DNA from: an uncultured Solibacteraceae bacterium
Lineage (GTDB): Bacteria; Acidobacteriota; Terriglobia; 20CM-2-55-15
Direction of reading: 5' to 3'
NCBI GenBank assembly: GCA_964633285.1
Contig: CAZWGA010000001.1
Span: forward strand, 60,950-124,949
Length of the DNA stretch: 64,000 nt
The notes below the pieces were generated by a model that was not told the DNA's origin, did not search any database, and was given only the letters and a program-made list of their open reading frames with translations. Within the stretch, counting starts at the first letter, position 1, and each line of letters begins with the position of its first letter. The translations under genes were made by a program, and so were the position numbers. Of this stretch, positions 9,157-18,486 are shown in pieces.

Positions 9157-10349
9157 ACTTTCTGAGCTTCCAGGATCGGCTGCAGCGCGCGTATGAATTT
9201 ATCGATCTGTTTTTCGGTAATGATGAAGGGGGGCAGCATCCGCAGCACGGTTTCGTGAGTGCAGTTCAAAATGAACCCCTCGTGCAGAAGCTGTTTCACG
9301 ATTTCTTTTCCCGAAATCTTCAGCTCGACTGCAAGCATCAGGCCCTCGCCGCGAACGTCTTTGACGACAGGCAGGGACTTCAACTCTTCGAGCCGCTTTT
9401 TGAAATACGCGCCAAGCGCGCGTATGCGCGCGAGCATTTTTTCATCTTCGAGAATACTGAAGTATTCGAGACTGGCGCGGCAGGCCAAAGGTCCGCCGCC
9501 GAACGTCGTCCCGTGCTGGCCTGCCTGAATCGCAGCAGCTACTTTTTCATTCAGAACGATCGCACCAAGCGGAATTCCCAGCCCGAGAGGCTTTGCGAGC
9601 GCGACCATGTCGGGGAACAGTTCTTTTTTGGATGGTGGCGCAAAACGGTGAAATGCAAGCCACTGTCCGGTGCGGCCAAGGCCGCATTGAATCTCATCCG
9701 CAATCAAAAGAGCGCCTCGCTTCGCAGTCAATTCGCGGGCAGCGAGATAGAACTTTTCGGATATCGGATTGATGCCGCCTTCACCCTGAATCGTTTCGAC
9801 AAGGACGGCGCAGACGTCATCGGTCAACTTACGCTCGAGATCCGCGGTATCGTCGAACTTGACGAAATCAAAACCGGGAACGAGGGGTTCAAATTGTTCG
9901 CGGTATTGTTTCTGTCCGGTTGCCGAAAGAGCGCCGAATGTGCGTCCGTGAAAGGATTGATCGAGCGAGAGCACTCGAAACTTCGGTTTTGCAAACGCCC
10001 TGGCAAACTTCAGACATCCCTCAATCGATTCGGTTCCGCTGTTTGTAAAGAAAGCCCGATCCAGACCCGAGACCTGACACAGCTTTTGCGCAAGCCGCCC
10101 CTGATATTCGTGGTAAATCAGATTCGAAACGTGTATCGGCCGTTTGATTTGTTTGCGAAGAACCTGCTTCACGCGCGGATGGTTATAGCCGAGCGTATTG
10201 ACGCCAATACCTGCAAGCAAATCGAGATATCGCTTGTTTGATTTATCGATGAGATAAGCGCCGCTTCCGCGGTCTGCCAGAAGTTCGTAACGCGCGTACG
10301 CTCCAAGCAAATACTTCTTTTCCAATTCCTTGACGTTCGCAAGTTGCAT
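9153..10349 (-). CDS. argD: Acetylornithine/class-III aminotransferase
   Basis: Class III PLP aminotransferase motifs (..LLIADEIQCGLGRTG.., ..FTNSGTE..). Confidence 0.85.
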   Translation of the reverse strand: MQLANVKELEKKYLLGAYARYELLADRGSGAYLIDKSNKRYLDLLAGIGVNTLGYNHPRVKQVLRKQIKRPIHVSNLIYHEYQGRLAQKLCQVSGLDRAFFTNSGTESIEGCLKFARAFAKPKFRVLSLDQSFHGRTFGALSATGQKQYREQFEPLVPGFDFVKFDDTADLERKLTDDVCAVLVETIQGEGGINPISEKFYLAARELTAKRGALLIADEIQCGLGRTGQWLAFHRFAPPSKKELFPDMVALAKPLGLGIPLGAIVLNEKVAAAIQAGQHGTTFGGGPLACRASLEYFSILEDEKMLARIRALGAYFKKRLEELKSLPVVKDVRGEGLMLAVELKISGKEIVKQLLHEGFILNCTHETVLRMLPPFIITEKQIDKFIRALQPILEAQKV

Positions 10350-10417
10350 AAGGCGAAAAGCTTAGCATAAGATCGGCGTGCGCATTTGGTTTGAAAACCA
10401 TCAACGGGAGTACAGAA

Positions 10418-10969
10418 ATGAAGAAAACTTTGGTTTTGCTTCTCCCTCTGGCGGTGCTGTCGATCGCAATTTCGGGCTACGCTCAGCTTCAGGTTCCCGG
10501 CGCCGACAACACACCAAAACTGGGAGAAAAACCGCCGGATTTCGAGTTGCCGAAGGGCCTTGGGCCGCAGGCAGGCACACTCGGAATGAAGGATTTTGCC
10601 GGCAAGAAAAAGGTGCTTCTCGCCTTTTTCCCCGCGGCATTCACCGCCGGTTGAACGCGTGAATTTACCGAGTTCGGTAATAACCAACAAAAGTTCGATG
10701 AAATGAATATTGAAGTGATCGGCATCTCGAGAGACCTGGCCGCGTCACAACAGAAGTTCAAGGAGACCGTCAACGCGAAGAATACCTTCCTCAGCGATCC
10801 TGAAGCGAAAGTCATTGCCGCATACGGAGCGTTGAACGCCGCGAAAATCTCAAGCCGTTATTACTTCCTGATCGACGAAAACGGAAAACTCATCTGGAAG
10901 AGCGTTAACAATCAGCTCATCCCGGTCGAGAAGCTGGTTTCCGATCTGGCAGAGGTTGTGAAAAAATAG
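10418..10969 (+). CDS. Secreted peroxiredoxin (AhpC/TSA/Bcp-like) with an in-frame UGA at the peroxidatic Cys position; candidate selenoprotein (alternatively a pseudogene)
   Basis: ORFs 10391..10654 and 10703..10969 are in the same frame and separated only by TGA 10652-10654. The joined protein reads ..VLLAFFPAAFTAG[U]TREFTEF..IEVIGIS.., matching the Prx active-site motif FTxxCxTE with Sec in place of Cys. It has a signal peptide and GGGAG RBS with ATG at 10418. A hairpin lies 10 nt downstream of the UGA (10665-10680). Confidence 0.5.
10665..10680 (+). promoter_or_regulatory. Candidate bacterial SECIS-like hairpin downstream of UGA
   Basis: UUACCG-AGUU-CGGUAA: a 6-bp stem with a G/U-containing tetraloop, starting 10 nt after the UGA at 10652. 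Confidence 0.25.
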
Positions 10970-10983
10970 CGCGCTAACTCAGA

Positions 10984-11080
10984 GGTAATTCGGTGTCAGA
11001 GGCCTAAATCACCCAAATTATTTGTTAGCGGCCACGTGGTTCATAATTTGGGTGATTTAGGCCTCTGACACCGAATTACC
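10984..11080. repeat. Perfect 38-bp inverted repeat with a 21-nt spacer containing the palindrome CCACGTGG
   Basis: 10984-11021 GGTAATTCGGTGTCAGAGGCCTAAATCACCCAAATTAT is the exact reverse complement of 11043-11080. It is intergenic between the Prx stop (10969) and the nnr start (11096). No U-tract follows. Confidence 0.8.
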
Positions 11081-11095
11081 GGAATAGCACGTTTC

Positions 11096-12592
11096 ATGAA
11101 AATACTGACGCCGGAACAACTGCGGGAAGTCGATCGTCTTTCCACTGAAAAGTACGGGATACCGAGTCTCTTGTTGATGGAGAACGCGGGCATGCGTGTC
11201 GCGGAGGTTCTCGATAACCAGTTCGAGAATCTGGAAAGCCTCACGATCGCGATTCTGTGCGGCAAGGGAAACAACGGCGGCGACGGATTTGCCGTTGCGC
11301 GGCAGCTTATTCAGAAAGGCTGCTTCCCATTCGTGTTTCTCTTCGCCGCTGAGGACGACGTCAAAGGCGATGCTAAAACCAACCTCAATATCCTGAAAGC
11401 TCTCGGGTACCCGCCGACCGTGATTGACGACGAACACGATTGGAATGAAGAAAGACTCGAACTGATCGATGCGGATATTGTTGTCGACGCATTGCTGGGA
11501 ACCGGCGCCCGCAAGCCGATACAGGGCCTGTACCGGGCGGTCATTGAGAGTCTGGGGGAAGGTTTTCCCAGAGCCACCATCGTTGCCGTCGATGTTCCTT
11601 CGCCGGGTATTCAAGCCGGCATCACGGTGACATTTTCCGCGTTGAAGCCAGCGCTCGTTCTCTATCCTGAATGCGAGGACGCCGGCGATGTGATTCTCTC
11701 CGACATCGGTAATCCTGCCCAACTTTTCGAAAATGAGAACTATAAACTTCAACTCATTGAGCCTCAAGAGTTGCCGGCGCGGGTCGCGGACAGCAACAAA
11801 GGCAACTATGGCCGCGTTCTCATTCTGGGTGGTTCGCGCGGAAAGACGGGTGCTGCGGCGATGGCGGGTCAGGCCGCGCTCCGGGCGGGCGCCGGTCTTG
11901 TGACCGTCGCTACAGCAGGGAGCGTCTTGCCGCTTGTGGCTGTTTCCATGCCCGAGTTGATGACGGAGGCGCTGGCCGAAACATCAGATGGAACGATTGC
12001 GAATCAACCGATCGCACATTTGCTCAAGGACAAGGACGTTGTTGCGATCGGGCCCGGTTTGACGACGAACATTGAGACAAGCGCATTCGTCCGCCGTGTC
12101 GGCGCCGAATGCCGCTCCCAAATGGTGATCGATGCCGATGGCTTAAACGCGCTTGCCGGTTTCGACGGTGATCTCGGAGGTGCTGTGCTGACTCCTCATC
12201 CCGGCGAAATGTCGCGGCTGATCGGAAAGACAGTCGATGATGTGATCGCAAACCGGATCGGCGTTGCTGAGGAGTTTGCACGCACTCGGAACGCGTATGT
12301 CGTCCTGAAAGGTCATCGAACCGTGGTCGCGTGTCCGAATGGGATGGTCTATATCAACCCGACCGGCAATCCGGGGATGGCCACAGGAGGCACCGGAGAT
12401 ATTCTTACCGGCATCATCGCCGCTCTTCTTGCTCAGGAACATCTCGGCGCCTTCATCGATCGTCTTTGCCTCGCGGTATATCTCCACGGCCTTGCAGGTG
12501 ACCTGGCAGCCGAAGAACTCGGAGAAGAGAGTCTCGTAGCCACCGACCTGCTTCGATTCCTGCACAAGGCGTGGGAGAATCTCAGGGAGTAG
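11096..12592 (+). CDS. nnr: Bifunctional NAD(P)H-hydrate epimerase/ADP-dependent dehydratase (YjeF N+C)
   Basis: ..CGKGNNGGDGFAVARQL.. (YjeF-N) and ..GPGL../GTGDILTG.. carbohydrate-kinase-like C-terminal motifs. Confidence 0.9.
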   Translation: MKILTPEQLREVDRLSTEKYGIPSLLLMENAGMRVAEVLDNQFENLESLTIAILCGKGNNGGDGFAVARQLIQKGCFPFVFLFAAEDDVKGDAKTNLNILKALGYPPTVIDDEHDWNEERLELIDADIVVDALLGTGARKPIQGLYRAVIESLGEGFPRATIVAVDVPSPGIQAGITVTFSALKPALVLYPECEDAGDVILSDIGNPAQLFENENYKLQLIEPQELPARVADSNKGNYGRVLILGGSRGKTGAAAMAGQAALRAGAGLVTVATAGSVLPLVAVSMPELMTEALAETSDGTIANQPIAHLLKDKDVVAIGPGLTTNIETSAFVRRVGAECRSQMVIDADGLNALAGFDGDLGGAVLTPHPGEMSRLIGKTVDDVIANRIGVAEEFARTRNAYVVLKGHRTVVACPNGMVYINPTGNPGMATGGTGDILTGIIAALLAQEHLGAFIDRLCLAVYLHGLAGDLAAEELGEESLVATDLLRFLHKAWENLRE

Positions 12593-12601
12593 GTTTTCGT
12601 C

Positions 12602-13009
12602 ATGATTTCCACTTCCGAACAGCAGACCTTCGATTTCGCCAGGACTCTTGCCGAGGGACTCCAATTCCCGGCACACATTCTGCTTTATGGAGATCTGGGT
12701 GCAGGCAAGACCGTGTTTGCCAGGGGATTGGCGGATGGCTTCGGTGTCAACGATGTGGATGAAGTATCGAGCCCGACGTTTACCTTGATCAATCAATACG
12801 CCGGACAGAGCCGAATCTACCACATCGATCTGTACCGGATAGAGACCGGCGCGCTCGACGGGTTGGGTTTGGAAGAAGTATTCGATGATCCGGGCGCCGC
12901 GGTCATTGTGGAATGGGCCGAGCGGCTCGGACGATTTGAAACGCCCGGCGCCGTGCGGGTATTTCTGTCTTACGTCGATGATCATTCCCGTAAAATAGAC
13001 GTATGTTGA
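12602..13009 (+). CDS. tsaE: tRNA t6A biosynthesis protein TsaE (YjeE ATPase)
   Basis: LYGDLGAGKTVFARGLADGFGV.. SPTFTLINQY. Confidence 0.85.
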   Translation: MISTSEQQTFDFARTLAEGLQFPAHILLYGDLGAGKTVFARGLADGFGVNDVDEVSSPTFTLINQYAGQSRIYHIDLYRIETGALDGLGLEEVFDDPGAAVIVEWAERLGRFETPGAVRVFLSYVDDHSRKIDVC

Positions 13010-15687
13010 TGGCGTTAATTCTCTTCCTTCAGGTGAATCAAATCGTGGAACCGTACACTTTTCGAGAGGACCACGGACAGACGACGAAGGTCATTTTGAA
13101 AAATGGACTGACGGTGATTGTCCGGGAGCAACAGGCTGTACCGCTGGTAAGCATCAATACTTTTGTCAAAGCAGGATATTTCGACGAAGACGACAGGATT
13201 TCCGGCATTTCCCACGTCATCGAACACATGTTCTTCAAAGGAACGATGAAACGGCCTGTCGGCGCCATCGCCCGCGACACACAGGCGCTCGGCGGATACC
13301 TGAATGCGTATACCTATTACGATCGCACGGTGTATCACACGGAAGTTCCTTTTGAGAATTTCAAACAGGCACTCGAGATTCAGGCGGATGCGTTGTGGAA
13401 TTCTTCATTTGATGCGGCGGAGCTGAAGAAAGAAATCGAAGTTGTCCTACAGGAAAACAATCGGAAACTCGACAATCCGCCTGCTGTGGCTTCCGAAAAA
13501 CTCTATGCGACGGCATTCCAGCAGCATCGTATGCGGCGTTGGCGCATCGGCGCGCCCGAAGGGCTGCGTGCGCTGACCCGCGATGATGTAGTCGGGTACT
13601 TCAAGAAATACTATCGGCCGTCCAACATCATTCTTTCAATTGCAGGCCGCATCAACATTGAAGACACGATCTCGGAAGTTGCGAAAGTGTATGGCGCCGT
13701 TCCTGACGATGACGCACAGCCGCTGGAGAGAGACAAGGGAGCCGCTGAGCCTGCGCAGACCAGTGTCCGGTACGGTTCACAGCATGGACCGATCGAACAG
13801 AGTCACGTAGCGATCGGATTCCACACGCCGGGTGCGCTCGGCGAGGATGCACGCGCTTTGGAAGTTTTGGCCGCCATTCTCAGCGAGGGACGAGCGTCGG
13901 TTCTGAATCAGCGTGTGCGCGACGAGAAGGGTCTGATGACGTCGGGTTCGGCCGGTGTTCAGGAGTTTCGCGATCTCGGTTACTTCGAAATCGATATCGA
14001 AACCGCGAAGCCGATTGAAGCACAGATTGCGGTGATCGCCGAATTGGAAAACATCAAGAAATACGGAGTCACGAAAGAACAGCTTGCCCGCGCAAAAGCG
14101 CTGATGGCCCAGAATCGCTATCATCATCTCGAGACGGTGGACGGCCTTGCGCAGGAAGTGGCCTACTACGAGTCTCTCGGTGATTGGAAGAGATCGCTTT
14201 CCTATCTGAGCTCCGTGCAGAAAGTCACATCGGACGATATCGCCCGCGTCGCGAAGAAGTATCTGACATTCGAGAATCTCTCGTCGTTTGAATACTCGCC
14301 CGAATCCGTGGCGCGAAGCCTGAACGGCGCCGACTATCGTCAGGGAGTGCTCGAGAAGGTTGCTGCTGCGACAGAACAACGATCGGTTCAGGAACTGCCG
14401 GTCGTCGCGGAAATACCGCCCGGCGATGACGAAATTGCGCATGATCTTGTGAAGCCGATTGAGAAGAGATCGATCCTGCGCGGGCCTGACGTCTACATCC
14501 TGGAAGACAACCGGCTCCCGCTGGTTTCGTTCGGGATCTTTTATCCGGGCGGCCGCCTGTACGAATCCGCAAAGAATGCCGGCATCACCGAATTGATGTT
14601 GCGTTCCGCCATCAGGGGAACAAAGCGATTCAACTCGGAAGATATTTCGCGGCGCCTTGAAAACGCCGGCGCCCGGATCCACGTGGTGAACGAAGCCGAC
14701 TTCTTCGGTTACGTGCTGGACGGCCTGAGCGGAAAGATGGATCAGGCGCTCGAAGTTCTGATGGATGTCCTTCAACAGCCCGCGTTTCAGGACGACGATA
14801 TTCAGAAAGAAAAAGTCCTCCAACTGGCCCGCCTCAAGAAGCTGCGCGAAAACAATTATTCGTACCCGGTAAGTCTCTTCATGGGGATGCTGTTCGGCGA
14901 ACACTCCTACGCAAGGCCGTCAATCGGGGCGGACGCATCGTTGCAGGCGGTTACGAAAGAGGATCTTCAGGCCTGGTTCAAGACGAATGAGCGCCAGTTG
15001 ATTCCAACAATCGTCATCGCCGGTGACACTCATGGCACCGGCCTTATCGCTCCTCTTGCCGATGTCCTGACGAACGAGGACCTCCATGAACGTGAGATTG
15101 CATCGTTGCCTGCGCCGGCACTCAAGGCGGAAAGCAGGGAGACGATCGAGATTGTTTCGCGACAGCAGACGGCTTTGGTTTACGGATTTCCCGGTGTGAC
15201 TCGATCCGGCAACGATCGATACCCTTTGATTGTCCTGCGGAACATTGTTTCCGGCCTTGGTGGGCGTTTCTTCGATGCGATTCGCGAGAAGCAGGGACTT
15301 GCGTACACTGTTCGAACAACGAATACATTTCTATCCAAGGGGGGTGCGATTTTTACTTACGCCGCTTTCTCACCGGAGAACGAAACTCAAGTGAAGGAAT
15401 CGCTGGAGAAAGAGATGGACCGGCTCCGGAAAGATGGCGTCACCGCCGACGAAGTGAAGAAGGCCGTTGCCTATTCGATTGGTGAACACGAAATCGGTCT
15501 CCAGACCCGCACAGGTACTGTCCTTGAATATGCCCGGGCCGTGTACAGCGGTGAGGGCGTGAGCGGGGTTTCCAACTACAGCCGATTCATCCGCGGCGTG
15601 ACGCCGGATCAGGTCAGGAAAGCAGCGCAGACTTATCTGGATCCGAAGCTGCTCCGAATCGCGATTGTTCGTGGCGCGAAGAAGTAA
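13003..15687 (+). CDS. M16 family zinc peptidase with two tandem M16 units (PqqL/insulinase-like)
   Basis: Inverted zinc motif HVIEHMFFKGT in the first unit and a second inactive-type M16 repeat. 894 aa. Confidence 0.85.
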   Translation: MLMALILFLQVNQIVEPYTFREDHGQTTKVILKNGLTVIVREQQAVPLVSINTFVKAGYFDEDDRISGISHVIEHMFFKGTMKRPVGAIARDTQALGGYLNAYTYYDRTVYHTEVPFENFKQALEIQADALWNSSFDAAELKKEIEVVLQENNRKLDNPPAVASEKLYATAFQQHRMRRWRIGAPEGLRALTRDDVVGYFKKYYRPSNIILSIAGRINIEDTISEVAKVYGAVPDDDAQPLERDKGAAEPAQTSVRYGSQHGPIEQSHVAIGFHTPGALGEDARALEVLAAILSEGRASVLNQRVRDEKGLMTSGSAGVQEFRDLGYFEIDIETAKPIEAQIAVIAELENIKKYGVTKEQLARAKALMAQNRYHHLETVDGLAQEVAYYESLGDWKRSLSYLSSVQKVTSDDIARVAKKYLTFENLSSFEYSPESVARSLNGADYRQGVLEKVAAATEQRSVQELPVVAEIPPGDDEIAHDLVKPIEKRSILRGPDVYILEDNRLPLVSFGIFYPGGRLYESAKNAGITELMLRSAIRGTKRFNSEDISRRLENAGARIHVVNEADFFGYVLDGLSGKMDQALEVLMDVLQQPAFQDDDIQKEKVLQLARLKKLRENNYSYPVSLFMGMLFGEHSYARPSIGADASLQAVTKEDLQAWFKTNERQLIPTIVIAGDTHGTGLIAPLADVLTNEDLHEREIASLPAPALKAESRETIEIVSRQQTALVYGFPGVTRSGNDRYPLIVLRNIVSGLGGRFFDAIREKQGLAYTVRTTNTFLSKGGAIFTYAAFSPENETQVKESLEKEMDRLRKDGVTADEVKKAVAYSIGEHEIGLQTRTGTVLEYARAVYSGEGVSGVSNYSRFIRGVTPDQVRKAAQTYLDPKLLRIAIVRGAKK

Positions 15688-15706
15688 CGCGGGTATAAGA
15701 CCCGCG
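15688..15706. terminator. GC-rich hairpin between convergent genes (possible bidirectional terminator)
   Basis: CGCGGGT-ATAAG-ACCCGCG, 7-bp stem, immediately after the M16 stop (15687). The DUF4097 gene ends at 15767 on the other strand. No clear U-tract. Confidence 0.3.
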
Positions 15707-15766
15707 AGTACACACTCAGGATGACCCTTCCATCAATTATGCAGTTGTGGGTTTTATATCCGCGTT

Positions 15767-16897
15767 CTACTGTCTGCGGATGACGATCTTGCCTAATGAG
15801 GTGTGCAGCGTGATGCTGTTTCCGCCGCCGTTCAATAAAGATTGGGAGTGAGTCGGCGCATAGAACCGATTCGGTATGAGTCCTTGAGGGGGCCGGGCTA
15901 CCGCCGCGAGACCATTCATCGGAAAATCTGAAACGATTTGTTGCTGCAATGCCGGACGCTGAATACTGGCATCGATTGTTGCTTTCATGCGTTGAGGAAC
16001 ATAAACGGTAATGTCGCCGATGCCGGCCTGAAGATCCATGTGCAGGTCGCCATCAATGTTCTCCGGGACAAGATGAACAACAATTTTGCCGTTACCCGTC
16101 GATGCTTCGACCCAGGCGGCAGCGCTGTCGAGAAGGATATCGCCGGATTCGGTATGGCCCTGGAAGGGACCGCGTACCCGCCGGCTCGTGATATTACCGC
16201 CGGAGGTTTTGGCGTTGATCCGGGCAGCATCGCCGATTGAAATATCTCCGGCATTCGTTGTTGCCTGAACTTCGCCGGCCCTCGTGATCGTGATGGTTCG
16301 GCCTCCGACGGCTATGACTGAGCCGCCGACAATGCCTGCTCGAATCTGTCCGGCGGTCGTATGGAATTCCGCTTTGCCGCCGACATCGCCGACTTCGAGA
16401 GTTCCACCCTGACTGCGGAGTTCGGCGTTGCCGCCGATGTTTCCCGCCTTGATCACGCCGCCCTGTGTGCTGATCGAGGCATCGCCTTTGATCTGGCCGG
16501 TTGTGATCGATCCTCCTGCCGTCCGCGCGACAACAGTTCCATTGACGTCACCGGTTGTGATTCCGCCGGAAAGCGTTACCAGATCGAGATCCACGGTCTT
16601 CGGTGTCACGATTTTCCATACGATCGATCCGCGAATCTGAGCAGGATCCGGAGTATTGCTTGTGTATTCGGCATGATCCTTCAAGCAGGTTTCCTGAAGT
16701 TGAATCAGGTTGCTGTCGACCAGGACGTCGATGAATGACTCACGCGAAGTCGTATCCACCTGCAAATCACCGAGAGGAGCTCGAACGACAACCGTAGCTC
16801 CATCGGTTACGGGACACTTCGCAAAAGCACCGGGAATATTAAAAGAAAGAAGGACAACGGCCAGAGCGACGCAGATCCCGCGGGCGGCTGGAATCAT
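15767..16897 (-). CDS. DUF4097-type putative adhesin/beta-repeat protein, co-operonic with the anti-sigma factor
   Basis: Signal peptide. Repetitive G-rich beta-strand repeats (..GGSITTGQIKGDASISTQGGVIKAGNIGGNAELRSQGG..). Start overlaps the anti-sigma stop (ATGA). Confidence 0.65.
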   Translation of the reverse strand: MIPAARGICVALAVVLLSFNIPGAFAKCPVTDGATVVVRAPLGDLQVDTTSRESFIDVLVDSNLIQLQETCLKDHAEYTSNTPDPAQIRGSIVWKIVTPKTVDLDLVTLSGGITTGDVNGTVVARTAGGSITTGQIKGDASISTQGGVIKAGNIGGNAELRSQGGTLEVGDVGGKAEFHTTAGQIRAGIVGGSVIAVGGRTITITRAGEVQATTNAGDISIGDAARINAKTSGGNITSRRVRGPFQGHTESGDILLDSAAAWVEASTGNGKIVVHLVPENIDGDLHMDLQAGIGDITVYVPQRMKATIDASIQRPALQQQIVSDFPMNGLAAVARPPQGLIPNRFYAPTHSQSLLNGGGNSITLHTSLGKIVIRRQ

Positions 16898-17823
16898 TTT
16901 GCGTTCCCCACAAACTGCAGAACCTTCGTTCTAATGTATGGATTGTCGTCTTTCTTTGTCGCTTCCTGAAGGCCTTTGGCCAGTTCGCGATCGTTTGCAT
17001 TGTGCTGCATCAGCGCATTGATCGCTTCGATCCGGATTCCGGAATTCTCATCATTTTCGAGAGTGTTCATGAAGGCTGCGCGAACATGCTGCTCATCTGC
17101 AAATTTCTTCAATGCTTCGAGAGCGCGCATGCGAACACCGGCATCGGGATCGTAGATCAGCGCATTAATCAAAGCTTCCTCGAATGATTCGTCCCTCGGT
17201 TTCTGGGACAAAACCTCGACGGCTTTCAGCCTCGAACCGGGATTATCCGCATCGCGAAGGGCATTGAACAAAACGCTGCGAACCATATCGTCGTCGATTT
17301 TTCCCTGGAACCGCATGGGCCGGGAAACTTCAGCAGCCAATTCAACCTGGCCTGTTGCGGCGTCTGCTTGTACCACTTGCAGATTGGAAATTGTTCCATC
17401 GCGCGGAATCGCCGAAAGCGCGCTCTCGGCGCCGGCATTGCTTGCAACTCTTGCCGTTAACTGATGCTGGTTACTGACATACACGCCCAGGGCCAGTCCC
17501 ATCGCGATCAGTGCAGCCGACTCCAGCAAGCGCATGGGCGTAAAGACAACCGAAAAGGCGGGGACTCGCCACCAGGACCGTTTCTTCTCGATGCGGTCCA
17601 GTTCATCAGCCAATGCTTTGCGGGATTCAACAAGCAGGTCGGCCGGTGTATCCCAGTGTGACGCATCTTCCGCCAGGACACCGTGCATGGTCTTTTCCGA
17701 CTCATAAGCGTCGTGGCAGTTCGCGCATTCGCGAAGGTGCGTTTCCAGTTCGACGCGTGTGTCCTCGGCCAACTCTTCGTAAAGCAACAGAGTAATTTGA
17801 TGTTGATAATCTCGACAGTTCAT
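16894..17823 (-). CDS. Anti-sigma factor (zf-HC2 N-terminus, TM, C-terminal HEAT-like repeats)
   Basis: ..HLRECANCHDAYE.. zf-HC2 motif. One TM helix. C-terminal HEAT-like repeats. Start overlaps the sigma stop (ATGA). Confidence 0.7.
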   Translation of the reverse strand: MNCRDYQHQITLLLYEELAEDTRVELETHLRECANCHDAYESEKTMHGVLAEDASHWDTPADLLVESRKALADELDRIEKKRSWWRVPAFSVVFTPMRLLESAALIAMGLALGVYVSNQHQLTARVASNAGAESALSAIPRDGTISNLQVVQADAATGQVELAAEVSRPMRFQGKIDDDMVRSVLFNALRDADNPGSRLKAVEVLSQKPRDESFEEALINALIYDPDAGVRMRALEALKKFADEQHVRAAFMNTLENDENSGIRIEAINALMQHNANDRELAKGLQEATKKDDNPYIRTKVLQFVGNAK

Positions 17824-18440
17824 ACGTTCGTTAAATACGCTCTCAGTTTTTGAGTTGCTCGAAAGAGATAGTTCTTGGCAGTTTCTTCGGTACTGCCCAT
17901 GATCTCGCCTATCATCTTGAGCCGTAGTCCCTGATAGTGCCTTAATTCAAATACAAGACGCTCTTTTTCGGAAAGGGTTTTTAGAGCCTCTTTGATCTTT
18001 TCGCCGACTTCTCTTCCGTAAAGCCGCCGTTCGGGATTGCTGTAGTAGGTTGTTGCCGCCAGCGTATCTTTCAGTGCCGGGCGGTCGGGATGACTCTCGG
18101 TATCGGATTCGTAAGAGATCTCCTCTTTCAACGTCTGGCGTTTGCGGAGGTGATCGAGGCTGACATTCGTGGCGATTCTATAAATCCAGGTGTAAAAGCT
18201 GGACTCGAAGCGAAATCGCCCCAGTGAACGGTAAGCTTTGAGGAAAGTCTCCTGGAAAACTTCTCGCGCCTCTTCGCGATTTCCCAGCATGTGGAACGCT
18301 AAACGGAGAATGTCCCGGTCATGCCTTCGGACCAACTGCTCAAATGCTTCACGATCACCACTTTGAGCTTGCTCAATCAGAAGCTTCTCATCTTCTGATT
18401 CATGAACTCGTTGTGCGGTCCTTTTCAATACTGTTTCCAT
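17820..18440 (-). CDS. ECF (sigma-70 family group IV) RNA polymerase sigma factor
   Basis: Region 2 ..LVRRHDRDILRLAFHMLGNREEAREVFQETFLKAYRSL.. and a region 4 HTH. ATG 18440 was chosen (METVLK..) because it avoids overlap with the upstream MltD gene. Confidence 0.85.
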   Translation of the reverse strand: METVLKRTAQRVHESEDEKLLIEQAQSGDREAFEQLVRRHDRDILRLAFHMLGNREEAREVFQETFLKAYRSLGRFRFESSFYTWIYRIATNVSLDHLRKRQTLKEEISYESDTESHPDRPALKDTLAATTYYSNPERRLYGREVGEKIKEALKTLSEKERLVFELRHYQGLRLKMIGEIMGSTEETAKNYLFRATQKLRAYLTNV

Positions 18441-18486
18441 GGTCACGAGCAATTTAGACGCCCGTAAACCCAAAAGGTCTTGGAGG

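Noticed and set aside
10391-10969. Treating 10391..10654 and 10703..10969 as two independent small genes or a simple pseudogene
   Set aside because: Both are in the same frame and together reconstitute a full peroxiredoxin whose single interruption is a UGA at the catalytic residue. Selenocysteine recoding explains this better, although the pseudogene possibility is kept as an alternative.
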